This document shows, piece after piece, positions 30,697-39,689 of a DNA stretch of 64,000 nt. The position numbers and the translations under genes were made by a program. The notes beneath the pieces were generated by a model. It saw nothing but the letters and a program-made list of their open reading frames with translations, was not told where the DNA came from and made no database searches. How positions within the stretch are numbered: the stretch's first letter is position 1; each line of letters starts with the position of its first letter. The DNA is from Candidatus Methanomethylicia archaeon (lineage in GTDB: Archaea; Thermoproteota; Methanomethylicia; Culexarchaeales; Culexarchaeaceae): the NCBI GenBank assembly GCA_038727515.1, contig JAVYVS010000002.1, forward strand, positions 1 through 64,000, written 5' to 3'.

Positions 30697-31527
30697 ATGA
30701 GTTCTTATTGGTGTTTATCCTTCCTAAATTTTAATGTTAAACTCACCTTAGTTTCTCCATATTCTGTGTATGCTCATGAAGAAGTTATTCCCTCCCTCTT
30801 AGATAAACTTGTAATGGATATCGAGAGTATAGGCCTTTTTAAAGATCCAATTATCGTTGATGGTAGTTCCAATGTTGTTTTGGATGGTATGCATAGACTT
30901 GCAGCCGCTAAGAAGCTTGGTCTTTTCTGGATTCCAGTTTGTTATATTGATTATATGGATGAGAGGGTTAAGGTTTATAGATGGTGGAGATCTATTTTTG
31001 GTTCTGATTTAAAGAAAGTTGTAGAACATTCATTTAAAATGGAGTTTAAAGATAATGAAATGCTTAATGATTATCTATCTAAATTTTCTCTGCTTGTTTT
31101 TAAAGATGGATTTTACATTTTAAGTTATGACGATGATGTTTTTAGTAAATTTATGTCTGCTAAGAATCTAGAAAGATTTATTTCCAATAGTGGTTTTAGA
31201 ATTGAATATGATTTTGAAGTTGATGCTATTTCAAAATTGCGCTCAGGTTTATGCTCTGCTATTTTAACTTTACCTGAAATCTCTAAGGTTGATGTAATTT
31301 CTATAGCTGTTTCCAATAGGGTTTTGCCGCATAAATCCACTAGACATGTTTTTCCCTATAGACCTATGAATATTAATGTTCCTTTAAAAATTCTATTTAC
31401 AGATGATTTTGAGAAAGCTTTTTCTATGTTTATTGAAGTCATTAAGGGTAGGAGAGTTAATATTTATCCTCCGGGGCACATTCTTGATAGGAAGTATGAT
31501 GAATACATATACTTCTTTGAGGGGTGA
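30697..31527 (+). CDS. ParB/Srx-fold protein, SerK-like free-serine kinase candidate
   Basis: HEE, PIIVD, LDGMHR, IPV..IDY and PHKSTRH resemble SerK-family motifs. Confidence 0.65.
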   Translation: MSSYWCLSFLNFNVKLTLVSPYSVYAHEEVIPSLLDKLVMDIESIGLFKDPIIVDGSSNVVLDGMHRLAAAKKLGLFWIPVCYIDYMDERVKVYRWWRSIFGSDLKKVVEHSFKMEFKDNEMLNDYLSKFSLLVFKDGFYILSYDDDVFSKFMSAKNLERFISNSGFRIEYDFEVDAISKLRSGLCSAILTLPEISKVDVISIAVSNRVLPHKSTRHVFPYRPMNINVPLKILFTDDFEKAFSMFIEVIKGRRVNIYPPGHILDRKYDEYIYFFEG

Positions 31528-31811
31528 AGAATTTGAGAATTAAATTCTTAGGGCATTTGAAGAATTATGTGGGTAAAGATATGATCATTTTAAATGATGT
31601 TGGAGGCCTGAGCCTATACAATGTTTTATTAAAGATTTATTCTATACTTGGAGATTCTTCTAAAGAGATTTTTGATGGATCACCAGATAAATTGCGTTCA
31701 AGTATTATTCTACTTGTTAATGATGTTGTTTATGATGTTTTAGGTGGTTTTGATTATATTGTTAATGAAGATGATGAATTAGTGTTTATACCAGCAGTTC
31801 ATGGTGGGTAG
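31524..31811 (+). CDS. Ubiquitin-like MoaD/ThiS/SAMP protein
   Basis: Beta-grasp pattern IKFLG...LLVN...DELVFIPAVHGG with C-terminal GG. Confidence 0.9.
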   Translation: MKNLRIKFLGHLKNYVGKDMIILNDVGGLSLYNVLLKIYSILGDSSKEIFDGSPDKLRSSIILLVNDVVYDVLGGFDYIVNEDDELVFIPAVHGG

Positions 31812-31820
31812 GTGTAGATT

Positions 31821-33188
31821 TTGGATTTAAGCTTCTTTTTCTACCCTAATTCCGTTGCCATTATTGGTGCTTCAACGACTCCTGGTAAAGTTGGATATGA
31901 ACTTGTTAAAAATCTTGTTGAAGGTGGTTTTAAAGGTGAAATTTTACCAGTGAATCCTAGGGGTGGTGAAATTTTTGGTTTAAATATTTATCCTTCTATA
32001 ACTTCTCTTCCTTCAACTCCTGATATTGCTATTGTAGTTACTCCAGCTGAAACTGTTCCAAAGATAGTTGAAGAATGTGGCTCTATTGGTGTTAAAGGTG
32101 TTGTTGTTATTTCTGCTGGTTTTAGTGAAGTGGGTAATAGGGTTTTAGAAGATGAACTTGTTAATTCCGCTAAGAAGTATGGCGTTAGGGTTATAGGTCC
32201 AAATAGTGCTGGAATCATTAATACCTTTAATAATTTCCATGCTTGTATGGAGTTTAGGGTTCCTCGAGGTCCTATTTCACTTATTTCTCAAAGTGGAGCT
32301 GTCGGTGGTATTCTATTTGCTTATGCTAGGGAGGGTTGTATTGGTTTTAGTAAATTTGTTAGTTGTGGGAATTCTTGTGATGTTACTGAAGTTGATGTTC
32401 TTGAATATTTTTTGAAGGATGAGGATACTGGTTCCATAGCTTTATACATTGAGACTGTTCATGATGGTTTTAAATTTGTTGATGTTTGTAGGAGGTTTAA
32501 AGGTGTTAAACCCATTATTGCTTTTAAAGCCGGTAGATATCATGCTGGTAGTAGAGCTGCATCTTCACATACAGGTGCTATAGCTTCCCCATACCATATA
32601 TACTCAAGTTTATTTAAGCAATTTAATATTTTTGAAGCTCCAAGTTTAAGTACTTTCTTTTCATCATCAAAGTTTTCTGGTTTGAATATTAAGGTTAGTG
32701 GTTCTAGAATTGTTATTGTAACTAATTCTGGTGGTCCTGGTGTTGTAGCTACTGATTTATGTGAATCCCTCGGCTTTTCTCTACCTGAACCTTCAAATTC
32801 TTTGAAAAATAAGCTTAGTTCATTTCTATCGCCAATATGTTCTTTAAGGAATCCAATAGATGTTACAGCTATTGGCGGTTATGAATGGTATTATAGGGTT
32901 TTGAAGGAAATTGCTTTATCTGGTGAGTATGATTTAGCTCTAGTTATATGTGTACCTCCAAGTTTTGTAAATCCCATGGAAGTTGCTAAAGCTATATATG
33001 ATTTCCACAAATTAGGTTTTAATATGCCTATTTTCCCATGTTTTATGTATGGAGATATGGTTAGGGAATGTATTAAATATTTGGAGAGTAGAGGTATTCC
33101 ATGTGCATTAAGTATCGAAGATGCTGTTTATGCTGCTTACTCAATAGTTTATTTCGGAGGTGTAAGTATTGGATCCCCTACTAGGTGA
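31821..33188 (+). CDS. acdA: Acyl-CoA synthetase (ADP-forming) alpha subunit
   Basis: VAIIGAS, ISAGFSE, IGPN, SQSGA, ASSHTGAIA (phospho-His), TNSGGPG, NPID. Confidence 0.9.
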   Translation: MDLSFFFYPNSVAIIGASTTPGKVGYELVKNLVEGGFKGEILPVNPRGGEIFGLNIYPSITSLPSTPDIAIVVTPAETVPKIVEECGSIGVKGVVVISAGFSEVGNRVLEDELVNSAKKYGVRVIGPNSAGIINTFNNFHACMEFRVPRGPISLISQSGAVGGILFAYAREGCIGFSKFVSCGNSCDVTEVDVLEYFLKDEDTGSIALYIETVHDGFKFVDVCRRFKGVKPIIAFKAGRYHAGSRAASSHTGAIASPYHIYSSLFKQFNIFEAPSLSTFFSSSKFSGLNIKVSGSRIVIVTNSGGPGVVATDLCESLGFSLPEPSNSLKNKLSSFLSPICSLRNPIDVTAIGGYEWYYRVLKEIALSGEYDLALVICVPPSFVNPMEVAKAIYDFHKLGFNMPIFPCFMYGDMVRECIKYLESRGIPCALSIEDAVYAAYSIVYFGGVSIGSPTR

Positions 33189-35025
33189 AGCTGGTTTAAA
33201 ATTGCTTCTCATGGGTAATGAAGCTATTGCTAGAGGTGCTATTGAAGGTGGTGTACATTTTGTATCTGGATATCCTGGAACTCCCTCTTCTGAAGTTATA
33301 ATGTCTCTATCTAAAGTTTCAAGTAAACTTGGAATTTTCGTTGAATGGTTTGTTAATGAGAAAGTTGCTTTTGAAGCTGCTTTTTCAGCTTCTTCTGCTG
33401 GTTTAAGATCTATGGTGACTATGAAAGCTCCTGGAATTAATGTGGCTTCTGATGCACTTCTATCTGCAGCTTATGCTGGTATTAATGGTGGTATGATAAT
33501 TTTAGTTGCTGATGATCCTGGTCCACATACCACTCAGACTGAGCAGGATAGTAGATTTTATGCGCTTCTAGCCAATCTACCTATGATTGAACCCTCAACC
33601 CCTCAAGAAGCTAAAGATATGGTGGTTTGGGGTTTAAACTTCTCTGAAGAAGTTGGTTTACCAGTCATCCTTAGAACTACAACTAGAGTTAATCATACTT
33701 CATCTGATGTGATTTTAGGTGAAATTCATCGTTTCGATCGTAAACCTAAATTTCCCAGGGATCCCCCTAGATATGTTCGTGCTTCTATGAAATGGAATTT
33801 AGATAGGCATATTTGGCTTAATAAACGTATGTATTTTGTTGATTCTATAGCTTCCAATTGCCCATTTAATATTTTAGATTTGAAAGGAGATATAGGTATT
33901 ATTACTAGTGGTGTTAGTTATAATTATGTTTTAGAAGCTTTGGGTAGATTAAAGGTTGATTCATGTTCAATATTGAAGCTTGGCTTAACAAATCCTATAC
34001 CCACTAAAGTTTTAAGAGATTTTCTTTCACATTGTAGAAAGATTTTGTTTGTGGAAGAACTTGAACCATTCTTAGAGGATAGAATTAGAGCTATATCTAC
34101 AACGTTTGGTTTTGGAAATGTTTTTTATGGTAAATTTGATGGTCTTCTTCCGAGGGAGGGTGAATTTAATGTTGAAATTGTGGAAAATGCTTTATCACGC
34201 TTTCTAGGTTTAAAACATGAAATTAATAGTTCAACTATTAGTTCCTTTGAAGTTCCTCCAAGAAGTCCAATTATGTGTTCTGGGTGTCCTCATAGATCTT
34301 CTTATTATGCTCTTTTAAAGGCTATTAGAGATTCTGGTTTTAAACGTGAAGATATTCCAATTTTTGGCGATATTGGATGTTATGCTTTAAGTTTGCAAAA
34401 GCCTTTGGAAGCCATATGGACGGAGCATTGTATGGGTGCAAGTATATCTATGGCTTTAGGTTTAAAGCTTTCAGGATACGATAAACCTGTTATAGCCACT
34501 ATTGGTGATTCAACCTTCTTCCATGCTGGTATTCCAGCCTTAATTGATGCAGTTCATTTTGATGCCAATATTATTGTCATCATTCTTGATAATGGTACTA
34601 CAGCTATGACTGGTCATCAACCACATCCAGGTGTTGGTTTTAAAGCTGATGGTTCTTCAGCTAAATATGTTGATATAGTGAATGTAGTTAAAGGTATTGG
34701 TGTTGAAAAAGTTGAAGTTATAGATCCTTATGATATTCCACAGAGTATTGAAGCTTTTAAAAGAGCCTTAAAGAATGAAAGTAGTGTTTATGTTGTTGTG
34801 GCTAGAAGGGAATGTGCTATTCTAGCTAGGAGGATGGGTAAACATTACCATAAGGTTTCAGTAAATTATGATTTATGTAGGAAATGTAAGATCTGTATAT
34901 CTACCTTTGCTTGTCCAGCTATGTATTGGGATCCTTTAAAAGGGCCTATGTTATTGGAGCAGTATTGTACTGGGTGTGGGTCATGTGCATATGTATGCCC
35001 ATTTAAAGCTATTGAGGTGAGTTAA
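33169..35025 (+). CDS. iorA: Indolepyruvate:ferredoxin oxidoreductase alpha subunit
   Basis: MGNEAIARG, YPGTPSSE, EQDSR, CSGCPHR, GDIGCY, TPP motif GDSTFFH, C-terminal ferredoxin domain. Confidence 0.95.
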   Translation: MDPLLGEAGLKLLLMGNEAIARGAIEGGVHFVSGYPGTPSSEVIMSLSKVSSKLGIFVEWFVNEKVAFEAAFSASSAGLRSMVTMKAPGINVASDALLSAAYAGINGGMIILVADDPGPHTTQTEQDSRFYALLANLPMIEPSTPQEAKDMVVWGLNFSEEVGLPVILRTTTRVNHTSSDVILGEIHRFDRKPKFPRDPPRYVRASMKWNLDRHIWLNKRMYFVDSIASNCPFNILDLKGDIGIITSGVSYNYVLEALGRLKVDSCSILKLGLTNPIPTKVLRDFLSHCRKILFVEELEPFLEDRIRAISTTFGFGNVFYGKFDGLLPREGEFNVEIVENALSRFLGLKHEINSSTISSFEVPPRSPIMCSGCPHRSSYYALLKAIRDSGFKREDIPIFGDIGCYALSLQKPLEAIWTEHCMGASISMALGLKLSGYDKPVIATIGDSTFFHAGIPALIDAVHFDANIIVIILDNGTTAMTGHQPHPGVGFKADGSSAKYVDIVNVVKGIGVEKVEVIDPYDIPQSIEAFKRALKNESSVYVVVARRECAILARRMGKHYHKVSVNYDLCRKCKICISTFACPAMYWDPLKGPMLLEQYCTGCGSCAYVCPFKAIEVS

Positions 35026-35026
35026 C

Positions 35027-35626
35027 TTGTTAGATGAATTTAACATTTTAATTTGTGGTGTTGGTGGTCAGGGGATTTTAACTCTTTCAAGAATTATTGC
35101 TTCAGCAGTTGTTAAATGTGGTTATAGTGTACGTGTTGGAGAAACTTTAGGTATGTCTCAGAGGGGTGGTATTGTTCAGAGCTTTATTAGATTTGGATGT
35201 AAAGTTTTCAGTCCACTCATACCATTAAATGGTGCTAATGTAATTCTTGCACTAGATTATGTTGAAGCTCTTAGAGTTCTTAAATATGCTTCAAATAAAT
35301 CCACGATATTGTTAAATTCCAGTTTTATTCCACCTATCTCCGTTGTTCTTGGAGATTATAAAGCGCCTTCTCTTGATGAAGTTAAAAGCTCCTTTAAATC
35401 CATTACTGAGAAAGTTTATGTTGTAAATGCTGATGAAATAGCTTTAAAAATTGGTTTACCCGTTGCTGCGAATATGGTTTTTCTTGGTCTTCTATCTAAA
35501 CTTTTCCCAGATATTTTACCTCCAAATGTATTGAGGGAAGCCATTGTTAAGAATGTTCCAAGTAGATACATAAATGACAATCTTACAGTATTTAATTATG
35601 GTTTAAACTTGAATTTAAGTGAATGA
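35027..35626 (+). CDS. iorB: Indolepyruvate:ferredoxin oxidoreductase beta subunit
   Basis: GVGGQG, GMSQRGG; follows iorA. Confidence 0.94.
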   Translation: MLDEFNILICGVGGQGILTLSRIIASAVVKCGYSVRVGETLGMSQRGGIVQSFIRFGCKVFSPLIPLNGANVILALDYVEALRVLKYASNKSTILLNSSFIPPISVVLGDYKAPSLDEVKSSFKSITEKVYVVNADEIALKIGLPVAANMVFLGLLSKLFPDILPPNVLREAIVKNVPSRYINDNLTVFNYGLNLNLSE

Positions 35627-35662
35627 AAATGTAATAAGTAAGTTTTATAAACACTTTATTTT

Positions 35663-36286
35663 GTGGTCGCATTGAAGTTTATTGCCCCCTCTTGGGATGA
35701 AATATACTTTAAGATCATTGATTTATCTTTAATGGTTAGAAAGTCTGGTTTTAAATTTGATTGTATAGTTGGTATTGCCAGAGGGGGTTGGATTGTTGCT
35801 AGACTTCTATCCGACCTATTGGATATTGCTGATATTGGTAGTTTGAGGATAGAATTCTATAAGGGTGTTGGAGTCCATGATAGAATTCCAGTTATTACAC
35901 AACCTGTCTCTATAGATGTTCGCGGTAAAAATGTTTTAGCTGTAGATGATGTTTCAGATACTGGTAGTAGTCTGGCTACTGCTGTTCGCCATTTACTGGA
36001 TATGGGAGCTCATAATGTTATGGTTGCTACCATACATGTTAAACCATGGTCTATATTTGTTCCAGACTTTTATGTTGATGTTACTGATGCTTGGGTCATA
36101 TATCCATGGGAGCCGTATGAATCTATTAAAAGTTTAACTTTAAAGTGGATTAAGGATGGTTTAAATCTCAGTGATATTAAGTTTAAGCTCATTGATGTAG
36201 GTATAAAGAGAGAAATTGTAGATATACTCTTCCCAATAGTTTTAAAGGAGGCTGGATTTTTAGATGGTGAAGATAGAGAATGTTGA
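35663..36286 (+). CDS. Type I purine phosphoribosyltransferase
   Basis: GIARGG, PRPP loop VDDVSDTGSS, WVIYPWE. Confidence 0.9.
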   Translation: MVALKFIAPSWDEIYFKIIDLSLMVRKSGFKFDCIVGIARGGWIVARLLSDLLDIADIGSLRIEFYKGVGVHDRIPVITQPVSIDVRGKNVLAVDDVSDTGSSLATAVRHLLDMGAHNVMVATIHVKPWSIFVPDFYVDVTDAWVIYPWEPYESIKSLTLKWIKDGLNLSDIKFKLIDVGIKREIVDILFPIVLKEAGFLDGEDREC

Positions 36287-36869
36287 TGGTGGTTTAATAA
36301 TAAATTTCTCTAGTGGATTTGAATATGATTATATTGGGATCTTTGCTTTATCTTTTAAAGAACTTATCCATAGAGATACCCTATTTAATTATGTTAAATC
36401 TTTAGAAGGACCTTTCAAAATTCAATTTTTAAATGTTAATTCCATAGCTTCTTGGAGGCATGTAGCTTCTGCTGCTATGCGAGCTTTAAGAAGTTTTAAG
36501 TATGGTCAAAATATTTCAGATAAAATTGAAATTGAGCTTTTACTATATTGTTCTGGTAAGAGGCAAATTAAAGATGCTTTGAACATTGTGGGTTTAAGCG
36601 AATTTATTGATAGTGTTGTACTTGTTATTTTTGGGTCAAGTAATCATTTGATTCATAAAGTTTTAAATGATTTTCTATCAGTATTTAAAGCTGAATTATC
36701 TTTTGATCTTCTAATTAATTTATCTATGGATCGTATTGAGAATTTAATGAAGATCTTTAATGTTGATAAAAATGAATTGGATTCCATTATTAAATCTGGT
36801 TTAAGTGTGGATAAGGCTTTAGAATATATTTTAATTGAAAGGGGGAGTGCACTCGAAGTTTATAAGTAG
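36264..36869 (+). CDS. cgi121: KEOPS complex subunit Cgi121
   Basis: H...A..RA, NIS..IEIELLLY.SG.RQI..AL..VG. Confidence 0.82.
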   Translation: MVKIENVDGGLIINFSSGFEYDYIGIFALSFKELIHRDTLFNYVKSLEGPFKIQFLNVNSIASWRHVASAAMRALRSFKYGQNISDKIEIELLLYCSGKRQIKDALNIVGLSEFIDSVVLVIFGSSNHLIHKVLNDFLSVFKAELSFDLLINLSMDRIENLMKIFNVDKNELDSIIKSGLSVDKALEYILIERGSALEVYK

Positions 36870-36870
36870 T

Positions 36871-37416
36871 TTATCTAAGTTTCTTCATGAATTCTTCCTT
36901 CAATTTCGTTATTGAGAGTATTTGGTCTGGTTTTATTATTGAAATTCCAGTTATATCACCTATAATCTCTATTTGTATTATCTTATCTGGAGCCTCTAAA
37001 TTCACTCTTCTATCCACAATTTTTGCTACTTCCTCTATAATTTCCCTGCTACTTAATTCCGTAGCTCTTTTATTTACTGTTATTCTAAAGCTTTCATTTT
37101 CACCAATTTTCCATAGAAGTTTTCTAACAGCTTCCTTAATTTCTTCTAAGTCTGTTTTCACGGTTACTTCTATTGGTGTTACCTTTAATACATAGTGGAA
37201 TTCCCATGGCCTTTCTTCAGCCATCTCTTTAAGTCTCTCTACGATTGTTATTGGATCCATACTTGTTTTTGCTATTACTAATCCCGGCAACCCAATTTTC
37301 TCATACATCACCTTTTCTTCTCCCACTTCCCTCAATAGATACCATAGTTCAGATATACAATCATTTTCCCTCCCTCTTTGTGTTGATACAAGTAGCGTGA
37401 ATTTCATGTTTTCCAC
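36871..37416 (-). CDS. Stand-alone THUMP-domain RNA-binding protein (Tan1-like)
   Basis: SFRITVNKR, VNLEAPDKIIQIEII. Confidence 0.85.
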   Translation of the reverse strand: MENMKFTLLVSTQRGRENDCISELWYLLREVGEEKVMYEKIGLPGLVIAKTSMDPITIVERLKEMAEERPWEFHYVLKVTPIEVTVKTDLEEIKEAVRKLLWKIGENESFRITVNKRATELSSREIIEEVAKIVDRRVNLEAPDKIIQIEIIGDITGISIIKPDQILSITKLKEEFMKKLR

Positions 37417-37470
37417 AATGCCTATTTATTTCGCCAAGCTTAAATCTTTAATGTTCACATTATATTTTGT

Positions 37471-38211
37471 ATGAGTAGTTGTATTATTGATGTTAGAGAT
37501 CTACACAAATATTACTACATGAAGAATTGGATTGTTAAAGCTCTACAAGGTGTAAATTTAACAGTTAATAGAGGGGAATATCTATCTATAATGGGTCCTT
37601 CAGGATCTGGTAAAACCACTTTATTTAATATGATTGGAGGTTTAGATAGACCTACCCGTGGGATTGTTACTGTTGATGGTATTGATCTATCTACTCTAAG
37701 CGATATTGAATTAGCTAATTTTAGATGTTTTAAGATTGGATATGTCTTTCAAACCTTCAATTTAATACCATTTCTAACAGCTTTAGATAATGTTATGCTT
37801 CCAATGGTTTTTGCAGGTTTACCTCTTGAAAGTAGACGTAAAAAAGCTATTGAACTCTTGAATACCGTAGGTTTAGGTGATAGATTACATCATAAGCCTG
37901 ATGAACTTTCGGGTGGACAGCAGCAGAGGGTTGCTATTGCTAGAGCTTTAGCTAATGATCCATTAATACTTTTGGCTGATGAACCCACTGGGAATCTTGA
38001 TCTAGCTACAGGTTTTAAGATTATTACTTTAATGAAGGATTTAAATGTTAAGCGTGGTGTTACTGTTATTTGCGCTACACATGATATGAAGATTTTAGGT
38101 GTTAGTGATCGCATTGCTTGGATTAGGGATGGTTTAATTGAGCGTATTGAACCTAGAAGGACTGTTGAAATTACTTTTGAAGAGTTATTTGAGGAGCCTC
38201 CAAAATCTTAG
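37471..38211 (+). CDS. ABC transporter ATP-binding protein (LolD-like); no adjacent permease
   Basis: [33 protein letters not shown]. Confidence 0.93.
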   Translation: MSSCIIDVRDLHKYYYMKNWIVKALQGVNLTVNRGEYLSIMGPSGSGKTTLFNMIGGLDRPTRGIVTVDGIDLSTLSDIELANFRCFKIGYVFQTFNLIPFLTALDNVMLPMVFAGLPLESRRKKAIELLNTVGLGDRLHHKPDELSGGQQQRVAIARALANDPLILLADEPTGNLDLATGFKIITLMKDLNVKRGVTVICATHDMKILGVSDRIAWIRDGLIERIEPRRTVEITFEELFEEPPKS

Positions 38212-39244
38212 CTTCTGAAATTACTTCCTTTATTGCTGCTTCTATTTGTTGTGGTGTAGCTGGTTCCTCTAATCCTCCTCTCCTAGTTCTATGACTTAAA
38301 GTTAGTTTTGCACATGTTATTATATGTTCAAGTGTTACTTCTGTATTTCCTTCAAAAGCTGCTAGTGTTTTTGCAGTTTTTAGTATTGTTATGTCTGGTC
38401 TATGTCCATCAACCCTTAATTTTATGCATAATCTTGATATCACTTCCAATAATTTATCTGGAACTTTTACTTTTTGAAGTAGCATTCTAGCTTGAATTAT
38501 TCTCCTTTTAAGTTCTTCTTGCTGTTGTGCATATTTTGATCTAAATGCTTCTGGATTTTCTTCATATTCAAGGTTTCTCTTCATTATTTCTATTCTCAAA
38601 TCTTTTTCATATATGTTTTCTACTTGTACGTGTAAAGCTAATCTATCTAGTAGTTGTGGTCTTAATTCTCCTTCTTCTGGATTCATGGTTCCTATAAGTA
38701 TGAATCTTGCTGGATGAGCTACTGATATTCCCTCTCTTTCAACAACATTCCATCCTGATGCTGCTGCATCAAGTATGTCATCTACTATGTGGTCTGGTAG
38801 CAGGTTTATTTCGTCTACGTATAGTATGTTTTGATTGGCTTCTGCTAATAATCCTGGTTCTAGTGCTTTTATTCCTTCTTTTATGGCTCTTGCAATATCT
38901 AATGTTCCTACAACTCTATCTTCAGTGGCCCCTATAGGTAGAGTTACTATCCTCATCTTTTTCCTTTCTATTTCCAGAGGCTCTCCATTCTCATATTTAC
39001 TTCTACAAATTTCACACATATTCGTTGGATCCCTTGGGTTACAGTTAAATGGGCATCCCTTTACAACTTCTATTTCCGGTAGTATTTCTGCTAATGCTCT
39101 TACAGCTGTACTTTTACCAGTTCCTTTTGCACCTCTTATTAATACTCCACCTATCCTTGGGTTTATTGCATTTAAGAGTAATGCAAGTTTCATATTTTCT
39201 TGATCTACTATCGCCGTAAATGGATATGTGGGTATTGACATCAC
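38171..39244 (-). CDS. ChlI/BchI-like AAA+ chelatase ATPase subunit
   Basis: [48 protein letters not shown]. Confidence 0.92.
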   Translation of the reverse strand: MMSIPTYPFTAIVDQENMKLALLLNAINPRIGGVLIRGAKGTGKSTAVRALAEILPEIEVVKGCPFNCNPRDPTNMCEICRSKYENGEPLEIERKKMRIVTLPIGATEDRVVGTLDIARAIKEGIKALEPGLLAEANQNILYVDEINLLPDHIVDDILDAAASGWNVVEREGISVAHPARFILIGTMNPEEGELRPQLLDRLALHVQVENIYEKDLRIEIMKRNLEYEENPEAFRSKYAQQQEELKRRIIQARMLLQKVKVPDKLLEVISRLCIKLRVDGHRPDITILKTAKTLAAFEGNTEVTLEHIITCAKLTLSHRTRRGGLEEPATPQQIEAAIKEVISEAKILEAPQITLQK

Positions 39245-39336
39245 ACTAATCTTTGATAGACAACCTTAAATACTTGTTCCCTATTCAAATATCTAAGAAT
39301 CAATTGTCTTTTAATGGATTATTGGAGGTAATCCTT

Positions 39337-39633
39337 GTGGAATTCTGTGATAAATGTGGAAATTTGCTGGTTCCTGAGAAACGTAATGGAGAAATTTTTC
39401 TAGTTTGTAGAAGTTGTGGTTTTTCTAAGAAGTATACCTCACAATCATATAAAGTTAAGCAGGAGATTAGTGAAGATAAACGTAGGAAGATTACTATTGT
39501 TAGTGAATCTGAGGTTAAAGATTCTAAGAGGAGTGAAGAAGAGTTAGAGCTTATGGAAGATTATCATAAGGCAACTTTAGAGTTAATGGAGGAGGAAGAA
39601 GAGGAAGGTGAAGGTAGAGGTGAAGGATGCTAA
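39337..39633 (+). CDS. RpoM/TFS-like protein with only the N-terminal Zn ribbon and an acidic tail
   Basis: GTG start after GGAGGT; FCDKCGNLL...CRSCG; no C-terminal QxRxADE ribbon. Confidence 0.75.
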   Translation: MEFCDKCGNLLVPEKRNGEIFLVCRSCGFSKKYTSQSYKVKQEISEDKRRKITIVSESEVKDSKRSEEELELMEDYHKATLELMEEEEEEGEGRGEGC

Positions 39634-39689
39634 GGGCATCCTCTAATAACATAACCCCCATTTTTATGCTTTAATTTTTGGTGGATTTC

